From positions 1,056,001 to 1,120,000 of the forward strand of contig CP122380.1 in the NCBI GenBank assembly GCA_024650005.2: a DNA stretch of 64,000 nt, written 5' to 3'. The notes beneath the pieces are model-generated. The model saw only the letters and a list, made by a program, of their open reading frames with translations, had not been told where the DNA came from and did no database searches. The stretch is from Candidatus Bathyarchaeum tardum (GTDB lineage: Archaea > Thermoproteota > Bathyarchaeia > Bathyarchaeales > Bathyarchaeaceae). Within the stretch, counting starts at the first letter, position 1. Each line of letters starts with the position of its first letter. Position numbers and translations under genes: made by a program. This document shows, in pieces, positions 27,140 to 36,729 of the stretch.

Positions 27140-30003
27140 CCAATTCTATCTTGTGTGTTGCATTCTTTTAGAAACTTCCCCGTGTACGAACCCGAAACTT
27201 TAGTGAGTTCTTCAGGTGTTCCTTGGGCAATTATTTGTCCGCCTTCGTCTCCACCTTCGGGACCTAAGTCAATCAAGTAGTCACAACTTTTTATGACGTC
27301 AAGGTTGTGTTCAATCACGTAAACGGTGTTTCTTTTGTCCACCAAACTGTTTAACACTTGAATCAAACGTTTCGTGTCGTGAAAGTGTAACCCAGTTGTT
27401 GGCTCATCTAACATGTAAACCACGTGACCACACTTTTGTTTGCTTAATTCACGAGTAATCTTGATTCGTTGACTTTCTCCACCCGAAAGGGTTGTTGAAC
27501 TCTGACCCAATTTAATGTAACCCAAACCCACATCCAGCAAGGTTTGAAGTTTACGGGAAATTGACGGAATATTTTCAAAGAATTTTGCTGCTTCTTCAAC
27601 TTCCATGTCCAAAACTTCAGCAATGTTTTTTCCTTTGTATCTGATACTCAAAGTTTCTTTGTTGTAACGTTTACCTTTGCAATCACTGCATTTCACGTAA
27701 ACGTCGGGCAGAAAATTCATTTCAATACGAATAAGACCATAACCACCACAGGTTTCACATCTTCCCCCTTTGACGTTAAATGAGAATCTTCCCGGTTTGT
27801 AACCTTTCATTTTTGCATCTTTGGTTTGAGCAAATAGTTTACGAATTTCATCAAACAATTTGGTATACGTTGCAGGATTACTTCGAGGAGTTTTCCCGAT
27901 GGGTTCCTGATTAATTATGATAACGTTCTGCACTTCTTCGGGGACCTCTATTGAACTGTGTTTTCCAACTTTGTCCACATGTTCCCCAAAGTTTTCCCGC
28001 AAAGCAGGCATAACTGTCAAGTTCATTAACGTGCTTTTTCCTGAACCTGAAACACCAGTTATTCCACACAGAACACCTAATGGAAGACTAACTGAAACAT
28101 TCTTGAGATTATTCTCCAGAGCCCCGTTAATGGTCATGTAACCTGCAGGTTGTCGTCGTTTTTTGGGTACATCAATTTTTAATTTACCTGACAAATACTT
28201 ACCTGTAAGACTGTTTTTGCACTCCATAATTTCTGAAACAGTTCCCCTGCAAACAATTTGGCCTCCACGAACACCTGCTCCTGGACCCATGTCCACGATA
28301 TAATCCGAGTTAAGGATGGTTTCTTCATCGTGTTCTACTACAATCAGGGTGTTGCCTAAATCTCGGAGTCTGTGAAGTGTGCTTATAAGTTTCTTGTTGT
28401 CTCGGTGGTGCAAGCCAATACTGGGTTCGTCCAATATGTACAAAACACCCATCAAGTTACTGCCGATCTGAGTAGCCAAACGAATACGCTGAGCCTCTCC
28501 ACCTGACAAAGTGCGAGCAGCCCTAGCCAAAGTCAAATAGCCTAATCCTACATTTTTTAGAAATCCTAAACGCTCGTTGATTTCTTTGAGCACCTGTTTG
28601 GCGATTACTAACTCTTTCTCGTTTAGTTTATCTGAAAGCCCCCCAAAGAAATCAACTGCATCTTCGATGGAAAGTTCTGTAACATCGCTTATGTTTTTGT
28701 CTAATAACCGAACACCAAGCATAACTGGACGCAAACGTTTTCCCTTACAAGCAGCACAAGGAGTTTCTTTCATGAACTTCATGATTGCTTCTTTTCTGTA
28801 TTCACTGTCTGTTTGGCGATACAACCTCATGGTCTGGGGAATAACTCCTTCCCAACCTTTTTTCATCCACATGCTGGCACCATTTGACCATGTTCCGTTG
28901 ACGGGTGATTTAGTTCCGTGCAACAAAACATCAAGCTGTTTTCTGCTAAAGTCCCTTAATGGAGTGAAAACATCAAAACCAAACTTTTTTCCCACAGCAG
29001 CAATTTGTTGAACCCTCCAGCTCAGATCCATTTTACCGTATACTGCCAAGGCACCATCGATTATTGACTTGTTTTTGTTGGGGATAACCAAATCTTCGGA
29101 AACTTCCATAGTGTTACCCAAACCGTGACATTCTGGACATGCTCCATACGGTGAATTGAAGGAAAACATTCGAGGTTCTAAACTTTCAAACACAATTTCT
29201 GGATGATTTGGGCAAGCTCCAAAGGTGCTGTATATTGTTTCCGCCTCGAAGCGTTCTACTTCTCGCAGTTGTTTAGCGTCAAGTTTGCTGTCAATAACTA
29301 TCATTGTGCCTTTACCGACTTCCAACGCCTGCTCTACTGCTTCTGCGATGCGGGACCGTTCTTCGTGATCGATTTCTACAGTGTCAATTACTGCTTCAAT
29401 CCAGTGCTTCACGTAACGTTCCATTTTTATTTCGTTGATTTGTTCAATATCGTAAACTTGCTGGTCAACTCTAACTTTGGTGTAGCCGTCTTTCTTCAAA
29501 TCTTCCAAAACTTTTTCGTGGGTTCCCTTTATTCCCCTGATAATAGGTGCAAGAAAAGTCAAGGTTCTGCTTTGTTCATTCATTATTAAACTTGTAATGT
29601 TTTCTGGACTCTGAGGATGAATCAAACTATCACACTTGGGACAATGATGAACTCCAATACGGGCAAAAAGCAACCGCAAATAGTCATAAATTTCAGTTAC
29701 AGTTCCAACTGTGGAACGAGGATTCTTGCTTGTAGTCTTTTGTTCAATAGAAATTGCAGGAGACAAACCTTCAATGGAATCCACATCTGGCTTATCCATC
29801 AAACCTAAAAACTGGCGAGCATAAGCTGAAAGGCTCTCCACGTATCTTCTTTGCCCTTCCGCATAAATAGTATCAAATGCTAAGGTTGATTTTCCAGACC
29901 CAGACAATCCTGTAATTACAATAAACTTGTTCCTAGGTAACTCTACATCAACGTTCTTCAAGTTATGCTCCCGGGCACCCTTAACGAAAATGCTATCTCT
30001 CAT
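27127..30003 (-). CDS. uvrA: Excinuclease ABC subunit A
   Basis: GAREHNLKN, two Walker A motifs (GLSGSGKS, GVSGSGKS), LSGGEAQR, Zn fingers. Confidence 0.98.
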   Translation of the reverse strand: MRDSIFVKGAREHNLKNVDVELPRNKFIVITGLSGSGKSTLAFDTIYAEGQRRYVESLSAYARQFLGLMDKPDVDSIEGLSPAISIEQKTTSKNPRSTVGTVTEIYDYLRLLFARIGVHHCPKCDSLIHPQSPENITSLIMNEQSRTLTFLAPIIRGIKGTHEKVLEDLKKDGYTKVRVDQQVYDIEQINEIKMERYVKHWIEAVIDTVEIDHEERSRIAEAVEQALEVGKGTMIVIDSKLDAKQLREVERFEAETIYSTFGACPNHPEIVFESLEPRMFSFNSPYGACPECHGLGNTMEVSEDLVIPNKNKSIIDGALAVYGKMDLSWRVQQIAAVGKKFGFDVFTPLRDFSRKQLDVLLHGTKSPVNGTWSNGASMWMKKGWEGVIPQTMRLYRQTDSEYRKEAIMKFMKETPCAACKGKRLRPVMLGVRLLDKNISDVTELSIEDAVDFFGGLSDKLNEKELVIAKQVLKEINERLGFLKNVGLGYLTLARAARTLSGGEAQRIRLATQIGSNLMGVLYILDEPSIGLHHRDNKKLISTLHRLRDLGNTLIVVEHDEETILNSDYIVDMGPGAGVRGGQIVCRGTVSEIMECKNSLTGKYLSGKLKIDVPKKRRQPAGYMTINGALENNLKNVSVSLPLGVLCGITGVSGSGKSTLMNLTVMPALRENFGEHVDKVGKHSSIEVPEEVQNVIIINQEPIGKTPRSNPATYTKLFDEIRKLFAQTKDAKMKGYKPGRFSFNVKGGRCETCGGYGLIRIEMNFLPDVYVKCSDCKGKRYNKETLSIRYKGKNIAEVLDMEVEEAAKFFENIPSISRKLQTLLDVGLGYIKLGQSSTTLSGGESQRIKITRELSKQKCGHVVYMLDEPTTGLHFHDTKRLIQVLNSLVDKRNTVYVIEHNLDVIKSCDYLIDLGPEGGDEGGQIIAQGTPEELTKVSGSYTGKFLKECNTQDRIGCYH

Positions 30004-30050
30004 ACGCTTTTCCCTGTTATAGGCTATATTGACAACAAATGGAACCTATT

Positions 30051-32033
30051 CTACTTACCTTTTTTTCGAGATTTCTTCTCAGATTTACTCAAAACGTAAT
30101 CCAACGACTTCTCCAATTCCTGAATACGGTCCCTAAACTCAATGGCCTTCTCAAACTCCAAACGTTCAGCCGCAGCACGCATCTGGGCATCAAAATCAAT
30201 TAGTTTTCTTTGAATCTCAGTTTTCGCCAAATGTTTGGTACCTTTGATTTTTCGTTCACTTTCCGCCACACTTTTCACGATAGTACGAGGAGTAATGTTG
30301 TGTTTCTTGTTGTAGTTTTTCTGGAACATGCGCCTGAAATGAGTAACCTCCATTGCTCTTTTCATAGACTGGGTTTTCTCTTCAGCGTATAAAATCACTT
30401 TACCATTCACGTTCCGGGCAGCACGACCAATGGTCTGAATAAGACTGCGTTCATCCCGCAAGAAACCTTCTTTATCTGCGTCCAAAATAAAAATGGTAGA
30501 TACTTCAGGCACATCTAAACCTTCACGCAACAAATTAATACCAACAAGAATATCGTAATCCCCCGCCCGTAACTGTCTAACTAACTCAATTCTGTCTAAA
30601 CTATCAATTTCTGAGTGCATGTACCTTACTCGTAAGCCTTCTTTGACTAGGTAATCAGTCAAATCTTCTGCCATTCTTTTCGTGAGGGTAGTAACTAGAA
30701 CTCTTTCCCCCCGTTCGATGGTCTTTTTTGCTTCAGAAATCAAATGCTTCATTTGACCGTCAATGGGATGAACTTCAACTTCAGGATCAAGAAGCCCTGT
30801 GGGTCTAGTAATCAACTGCACAGGTTCGCCGCTTTGGTTTAGTTCGTAATCGGCGGGAGTCGCAGAAACAAACAACGTTTTGTTCATCTTATTTTCAAAC
30901 TCATCAAACTTAAGAGGACGGTTATCAAAAGCACATGACAAACGAAAACCATAATCAACCAAGTTCTTTTTGCGGGAATAATCTCCATTAAACATGGCTC
31001 GAGATTGAGGAATCGTCTGGTGGCTTTCGTCAATTATCAGTAAATAATCTTTGGGAAAATAATCAAGCAAAACAAAAGGAGGCTCCCCGGCACATCGACC
31101 ATCAAAATGGCGGCTGTAGTTTTCAATTCCTTTGCAGTATCCCATTTCTTTTATCATTTCAATGTCGTATGTTACACGTTTCCTGAGTCTTTGTGCCTCA
31201 AGAGCCGGAAGTTTTGGTAGCTCTTCTTCTAGTTCTTTTTGTATCTGATCTAGGGCTCGTTTTTGTTTCGTTTCAGGAACTACATACTGACGAGCAGGAT
31301 ACAACGTGATGTTGTCTAGATTAACTTTAACGTCTCCTGTAAGGGCTTCAACCTCTTTTAAACTCTTAATTTTGTTGTCTTCCAATTCAATCCTCAAAAT
31401 ATCTTCTTCATACGCTGGGACAACATCTACAACGTTGCCGCGAACCCTGAAGTTGCCTGCCTCCAGAACTTGATCGTTTCTTTCATATTGCATGTTTACA
31501 AGAGACTGCAACAATTCTCGCCGTTTCATTGTTTTTCCTGTACTCAAATTTGCTGCCATTCCCTCGTAATCTTCAGGGTTTCCTAAACCGTAGATACAGC
31601 TTATACTGGCGACAATTATTGTGTCTTCACGACTTAGAATGCTTGAAACCGCATGCATGCGCATTTTTTCAATTTGTTCGTTGATGTCAGAATCTTTTTC
31701 GATATACATGTCAGAAGTAGGCAGGTACGATTCAGGCTGGTAATACGAATAAAATGAAATGAAATATTCAACTCTGTTTTTTGGGAATAACTCTTTTAAT
31801 TCCGCGTAAAGTTGAGCTGCCAATGTTTTATTATGAGCAAGAATTAGAGTAGGTTTTTGCAGTTTGCTAATCAAGTTTGCCATTACAAATGTTTTTCCAC
31901 TTCCAGTAATGCCAAGAAGAGTTTGTTTGTCTTTTGTCTCAAAATTTTTGACCAGCTTTTCCACTGCCTCTTCTTGACCTGGAGACATCTTGTAGGGCGC
32001 TACTAATTCAAACCGCATTTTATCATCCAGCAC
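30051..32033 (-). CDS. uvrB: Excinuclease ABC subunit B
   Basis: LLGITGSGKT, HNKTLAAQLY, YYQPE beta-hairpin, DESH, QTIGRAARN, C-terminal UVR. Confidence 0.98.
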   Translation of the reverse strand: MLDDKMRFELVAPYKMSPGQEEAVEKLVKNFETKDKQTLLGITGSGKTFVMANLISKLQKPTLILAHNKTLAAQLYAELKELFPKNRVEYFISFYSYYQPESYLPTSDMYIEKDSDINEQIEKMRMHAVSSILSREDTIIVASISCIYGLGNPEDYEGMAANLSTGKTMKRRELLQSLVNMQYERNDQVLEAGNFRVRGNVVDVVPAYEEDILRIELEDNKIKSLKEVEALTGDVKVNLDNITLYPARQYVVPETKQKRALDQIQKELEEELPKLPALEAQRLRKRVTYDIEMIKEMGYCKGIENYSRHFDGRCAGEPPFVLLDYFPKDYLLIIDESHQTIPQSRAMFNGDYSRKKNLVDYGFRLSCAFDNRPLKFDEFENKMNKTLFVSATPADYELNQSGEPVQLITRPTGLLDPEVEVHPIDGQMKHLISEAKKTIERGERVLVTTLTKRMAEDLTDYLVKEGLRVRYMHSEIDSLDRIELVRQLRAGDYDILVGINLLREGLDVPEVSTIFILDADKEGFLRDERSLIQTIGRAARNVNGKVILYAEEKTQSMKRAMEVTHFRRMFQKNYNKKHNITPRTIVKSVAESERKIKGTKHLAKTEIQRKLIDFDAQMRAAAERLEFEKAIEFRDRIQELEKSLDYVLSKSEKKSRKKGK

Positions 32034-32290
32034 GCAAAAATCTTAATCTTGAAAAAATTGCTGAGCCTTAAAAGCTTTTCAGTTTTAGATGTACTTCAAT
32101 GTATATTTTTTTATTCTTCACAGGGCATATAGACGGTATACTTTACTTTTTGGAGATTTATTTTCGATTTGAAGCAATAATCTAAACGAATGTGTTTTTT
32201 TGTTTGATCTTGCATTAAATGACCATACTCAAAAAAACTTATTATAAGTCCCATTTTGAAAACCAACCTTTTGTCAACATTTTCAAATTT

Positions 32291-32465
32291 AATAGCTGGG
32301 ATAGATCGAACTTTAGCAAAGCGGAGAGATGAATGAAACTGATCATTTTTATTGATAAGCTAGTTGTTTGCCTAATTCAGATTAAAATAAGCGGGCTACT
32401 CCACGCTATGCGTGGGGTTGGAAGGAACCCGTAAAATAAACGGGAGGGAATTTTTTCCCTTTTTT
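32291..32465 (+). ncRNA. Candidate structured RNA divergent from uvrB
   Basis: TAGCT/AGCTA and GATC/GATC stems, ACTCCACGC-TAT-GCGTGGGGT hairpin, alternative CCCGT pairings, terminal AGGGAA/TTCCCT hairpin plus T run; TATA-like ATTATAAG at 32241. Confidence 0.45.
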
Positions 32466-32688
32466 ACTCAGTAGATTTGCTTAGGTATACCCAGATTACT
32501 ACAAAGAATGTAGTTATCAGAGCTCCCGCCATCCCTGAGATAAGCCATTCTGCTGAGAAGATCAAAGGGAAGTTAGCTACTAACCATGGCCACAATGTAT
32601 GGAAACCAATGTTAGCTACTATTCCGCCTACGAAACCCAACAGAGCAAATATTCCCAGTATTTTTACTCTATCATTCATTCGTTTCAC
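32464..32688 (-). CDS. Small two-TM membrane protein
   Basis: 74 aa, two hydrophobic helices. Confidence 0.65.
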   Translation of the reverse strand: MKRMNDRVKILGIFALLGFVGGIVANIGFHTLWPWLVANFPLIFSAEWLISGMAGALITTFFVVIWVYLSKSTE

Positions 32689-32905
32689 CGTGTTTTTAAC
32701 TGTTATTTCTTCGTGCTTTTGAGTCTAACTTACATAAAACTGTCTATTTTAGTATATAGACCCTGTCTCTCTTGTAATCTTAGATTTAAAGCTCAAAACA
32801 GTCCTAGAACGGTCATAGTATGTCTGGTATATATGTAGATAATCTTTGCATGTTAACAATGTAATAATACGGTATAAACACACCTGCTTGCCTGAGGAAT
32901 TAAGT

Positions 32906-33559
32906 ATGTCTGAAAAATTTGCCAAAAAATGGGGAGAAGGAGTAGATGACACTCCTCTCAGTAATAAGATTAAGGACGCAGTTCGTCCTCCAGGTCCTTT
33001 GAAACCAAGATTAGATTTTGCAGTAAAACGAATGGAAATGCAGATACAGAAACTCGACAAAGCTGCAGACCGATTCAGTGACCGTGACAAAGCAATCTTC
33101 CAAAAGATTGTTAACGCTTACACAAAACATGACATGGCTCGAGCTAACGTCTTCGCTAACGAATTAGCTGAAATCCGAAAAATGGAAAAAATGATTATGC
33201 ACTCTAGGCTTGCTCTAGAACAGATAGTTCTACGACTTAGCACAGTTTCTGAACTTGGTGATGTTGTCAGCACATTGGCTCCAGCTGTAAACGTTCTACG
33301 CAATGTAAAAACTGGAATGGGTTCAGTATTCCCTGAAGCAGAACGCGAAATCGGAAGCATTGGCAACCTGCTTAGTGGAATTATAATGGATGCAGGCTAC
33401 AACTCTGGAATGAACATTGACTTCCAGACCGCAGGCGACGATGCACAAAACATCTTGAATGAAGCAGCCACTGTTGCAGAACAAAAAGTCAAAGAAAAGT
33501 TCCCTGACCTACCTACTGGAATGCCTTCATTTGGGCAATCCCTGCAGAGCGAATCATAA
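32906..33559 (+). CDS. cdvB: ESCRT-III/Snf7 family cell-division protein (CdvB1/2-like, no wH tail)
   Basis: LDKAADRFSDRDKAIF..RANVFANELAEIRKM..ALEQIVLRLSTV; GAGGA SD. Confidence 0.92.
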   Translation: MSEKFAKKWGEGVDDTPLSNKIKDAVRPPGPLKPRLDFAVKRMEMQIQKLDKAADRFSDRDKAIFQKIVNAYTKHDMARANVFANELAEIRKMEKMIMHSRLALEQIVLRLSTVSELGDVVSTLAPAVNVLRNVKTGMGSVFPEAEREIGSIGNLLSGIIMDAGYNSGMNIDFQTAGDDAQNILNEAATVAEQKVKEKFPDLPTGMPSFGQSLQSES

Positions 33560-33605
33560 GCTCTGCACCAACCTAGGTATGCATGGATAATAAGGAGGTG
33601 ACACT

Positions 33606-34361
33606 GTGTCTAAACCTATTTCCAACCCTTTTCTTTTTGTTGGCAACCAAATAAAGGATGAATACGGAAGGCAAATCGGTCGAATTGCATCTTTCAAGAT
33701 AGCACCTACTGGTAGGATAGATGGCGTCTTTGTTGAACACGGTGACGGAGAATTCCTAAGTTACTCTAGTGACCAAATCAAAATGGACAATGGAACCTTA
33801 GTTGTTTCTCCATCAATCAAACTAAGTGCAAACTCAATCTGTCAAGAAATTCCATTAATCTGGAGAAAAGACAAAGCACTAAACGACCTTGTAGCAAAGA
33901 AAAAAATCCCAGCCGAAATGTATGATGATCTACATTCAACATTTGAAGGGGCACTAAACGAACTCAACGAAAAAGCAACTGATCTAATTGGAGAAATAGA
34001 CAACGAAATAGATCGTTGCAACACACAAATTCACGAACTACACTCAGCATTGATTAATCTCGAAATCGAACGTGAAATTGGCAGATTAACTGCCGAATCT
34101 TACGACAAGGCTTTGAGGATAATTCAATGGGGACTAAAAGGCGCTAACGCAGAAAAACAAGATCTCGAACTCGTAAAAAGTAAACTTGACAATTTGCTTA
34201 TCGGCGAAAAAACTAAATCAACACCATCTGAAGAATTACAACTAAACACTCATGAACCAACAGAAACTTCAAAACCTCAGCCATCAGCTGATATTGCTCA
34301 TAATCTTCCTGAACCCCCAGTAATCATCCATGTTCGGAACCCCAACAAACAAACTTCCTAA
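33606..34361 (+). CDS. cdvA: CdvA-like cell-division protein
   Basis: N-terminal PRC-barrel FVGNQIKDEYGRQIG, coiled coil, C-terminal PVIIHVR beta-peptide (E3B-like); AGGAGGTG SD. Confidence 0.88.
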   Translation: MSKPISNPFLFVGNQIKDEYGRQIGRIASFKIAPTGRIDGVFVEHGDGEFLSYSSDQIKMDNGTLVVSPSIKLSANSICQEIPLIWRKDKALNDLVAKKKIPAEMYDDLHSTFEGALNELNEKATDLIGEIDNEIDRCNTQIHELHSALINLEIEREIGRLTAESYDKALRIIQWGLKGANAEKQDLELVKSKLDNLLIGEKTKSTPSEELQLNTHEPTETSKPQPSADIAHNLPEPPVIIHVRNPNKQTS

Positions 34362-34389
34362 CCTTTTTTAGATCTGTGAGGGAATATCG

Positions 34390-35268
34390 ATAAAAAACCC
34401 TTTTCGCTCTTCTCCTCAATTTGAGAAGATAGTTGTTGAAGCAGTACCAAAACTTAAAGCTCAACAGCTTCGACTGGGCCAAGTTGTTATTAAACTTACA
34501 CGAAGAGACAAAATTCTCTTCAAAACTTGTGCGTCAGCATTACAAGCTAAAAATACTGAACGAGCAGCGATTTTCGCTACTGAACTTGCTGAGTTACGAA
34601 AACTTACCAAAGTAATCTACCATACTCAGATACTTGTGGAACGAATAATCTTACGGCTAGAAACGCTCAAAGAATTCAACGCAGCATTTTCTGATCTTAA
34701 ACCAGTTCTCCATAATTTACAATCAGTAACAAAAGGTCTAAGTGCATTCATGCCCCAAATGGCCGTCGAAATGGAAAGGGTTAACGAAACAATCTTTGAG
34801 GTCATGACAATGTCCAAAATAGACTCTGCAAAAATGGAAGTGCATACTGATGTAAAAACTGAAGGCGGTCAAGAAGTTCTCGAAGAAGTCGCAGAGTTCT
34901 TGGAGGAACAAATAACAGATAAACTTCCAGCACCTCCAACATCGCCAGTCATTGCAACCCCTCAACCACAGCCTCAACAGCAACGAGTAGAACAAAGACA
35001 ATTAGTTGCCCTCACAGCTTCTGGGTCCGAAGATTCTGAACCTGAATTTTTCCCAGGTTTTGCAACCTTCAAAGAAATCGAAACGGAAACTATTACTTGG
35101 TCAGCTACTAAAGATGACCTAGAAGAGTCTGTTTTGGAGTATGCAAAACGTAAAGCAGGCAACCTTGACATTGGTGAATGTGCCAATGACTTGAATGTTG
35201 CATACGGGGAAATTGAAAAAGCTTTAGAAACTCTGGGCGTAAAAGGTAAAATCAAGATTGCGTCGTGA
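34390..35268 (+). CDS. cdvB: ESCRT-III CdvB paralogue with C-terminal winged-helix; probable ATA start
   Basis: Frame is open from 34372 and aligns to ESCRT-III helices (RDKILF..RAAIFATELAELRK) upstream of the called GTG at 34636; LPAPP MIM2-like motif; C-terminal VLEYAK..LDIGECA..KGKIKI wH. Confidence 0.85.
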   Translation: MKNPFRSSPQFEKIVVEAVPKLKAQQLRLGQVVIKLTRRDKILFKTCASALQAKNTERAAIFATELAELRKLTKVIYHTQILVERIILRLETLKEFNAAFSDLKPVLHNLQSVTKGLSAFMPQMAVEMERVNETIFEVMTMSKIDSAKMEVHTDVKTEGGQEVLEEVAEFLEEQITDKLPAPPTSPVIATPQPQPQQQRVEQRQLVALTASGSEDSEPEFFPGFATFKEIETETITWSATKDDLEESVLEYAKRKAGNLDIGECANDLNVAYGEIEKALETLGVKGKIKIAS

Positions 35269-35273
35269 TTCAC

Positions 35274-36476
35274 ATGAGTGCTTCTGAGGAACTTGAACAA
35301 GCTGCAACAAAATACGCTTTAGAAGCTGTCCGTCTTGACAATCAAGGCTCCAAAGGCATGGCGATTACCATGTACCAAAAGGGTATCTCAACTCTTTTGA
35401 AACTTGTAAGGTTATATCCGAATTATGGCTTAAACTCTGTTTACATTCAACGCGCACAGGCTTATCAAGAACGCATAAAAGCCCTGCAAGGTGGTGCACC
35501 TGTTCAGCCAATTAACAATTATGTTCAGCCGCAGCACGACCGAACTGAAGAAATGCCAAAGGGTCCTGCAGAACCTTCTGGACCTAGTGCACCAGAAGAT
35601 AAGTCAAGCTATGATGAACTAGTGCTTCAAGAAAAACCCAATGTAAAATGGGATGAAGTAGTTGGTTTAGAAATCGCCAAAAAAGCAATCAAAGAAGCTA
35701 TAGTATACCCTGTTGAACGACCTGACCTGTTTCCCTTAGGATGGCCTCGAGGAATTCTTCTGTTTGGTCCTCCTGGTTGTGGTAAAACTTTGCTAGCTGC
35801 TGCTGTGGCAACAGAAATTGATGGCGCGTTCGTTTCAGTAGATGCTGCATCAGTCATGTCAAAATGGTTAGGTGAAGCAGAACGAAACGTAGCTAAATTG
35901 TTCAACCAAGCACGAAACACTGCAAAGAATGGTCGCCCTGCTATATTGTTTATCGACGAATTAGACTCATTGATTGGTATGCATTCCAACGAAGTGGGTG
36001 GAGAAACCCGAGTTCGTAACCAATTCCTCAAAGAAATGGATGGAGTCATGGACAAGGGTAAAAAATTACACGTTTACGTTATTGGTGCAACCAACAAACC
36101 ATGGGCTCTAGACTGGCCCTTCATTCGAAGATTCCAAAAACGAATCATGGTTCCCCTGCCTGATTACGATGCCCGACTACACCTGCTTAACCTATATACA
36201 AAACATCTGAACCTCTCATCGAAAATTGACCTTGACGAATTTGCACGATTAGCTGCTGGTTTCTCTGGCAGTGACATACGTGACATCTGCCAATCTGCAC
36301 ATCTGCGGGTTATTGGAGAACTATTTGATTCTGGCAAAGCAAGCGACAAACATGCAAAACCTCGACCTCTTTCAATTGAAGACTTTAAGAATATATTGGC
36401 TGACAGAAAGCCCAGCGTATCACCTAGGGTTCTTTCAACATACAAAGAATGGTCTGAAGCCTTCAAAGCGCTTTAA
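35274..36476 (+). CDS. cdvC: Vps4-like AAA ATPase
   Basis: N-terminal MIT domain (ALEAVRLD..AITMYQKGI..YQERIKAL), GPPGCGKT, FIDELD, ATNKPW, RRFQKRI. Confidence 0.95.
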   Translation: MSASEELEQAATKYALEAVRLDNQGSKGMAITMYQKGISTLLKLVRLYPNYGLNSVYIQRAQAYQERIKALQGGAPVQPINNYVQPQHDRTEEMPKGPAEPSGPSAPEDKSSYDELVLQEKPNVKWDEVVGLEIAKKAIKEAIVYPVERPDLFPLGWPRGILLFGPPGCGKTLLAAAVATEIDGAFVSVDAASVMSKWLGEAERNVAKLFNQARNTAKNGRPAILFIDELDSLIGMHSNEVGGETRVRNQFLKEMDGVMDKGKKLHVYVIGATNKPWALDWPFIRRFQKRIMVPLPDYDARLHLLNLYTKHLNLSSKIDLDEFARLAAGFSGSDIRDICQSAHLRVIGELFDSGKASDKHAKPRPLSIEDFKNILADRKPSVSPRVLSTYKEWSEAFKAL

Positions 36477-36482
36477 AACGGA

Positions 36483-36626
36483 AAGAGGGGCAACAAACTA
36501 CTAGTGCTCTTGGAAAGATTCAGAGTTTTGACAATTCCTCTAGACTCTGTTGAGAATCTCTTTCTCTCCACAAGACAAAGGTTTACGCTCTGAATCCCAG
36601 AACGGCACAAAGTTTGATTGCCTCTT
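36483..36626 (+). repeat. Long imperfect stem-loop directly 3' of cdvC
   Basis: AAGAGG/CCTCTT, CAAACT/AGTTTG, GTGC/GCAC and GATTCAGAG/CTCTGAATC nested. Confidence 0.6.
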
Positions 36627-36729
36627 GCCAATAGCTTAATGCTAAACAAAGCATCTCTTCCCCCTTTTTATTTTTTTAGTAATTTAATTTTGAAATCATT
36701 TAATGCTTTTTTATAAGTCTTACAAATTT

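Noticed and set aside
32421-32450. GAA-CCCGT..ACGGG-A resembles the archaeal SECIS core
   Set aside because: The flanks cannot form the lower stem, and there is no UGA-containing selenoprotein gene on that strand nearby.
34433-34615. 60-aa ORF between cdvA and the called cdvB2
   Set aside because: Out-of-frame overlap with the true ESCRT-III N-terminal coding region.
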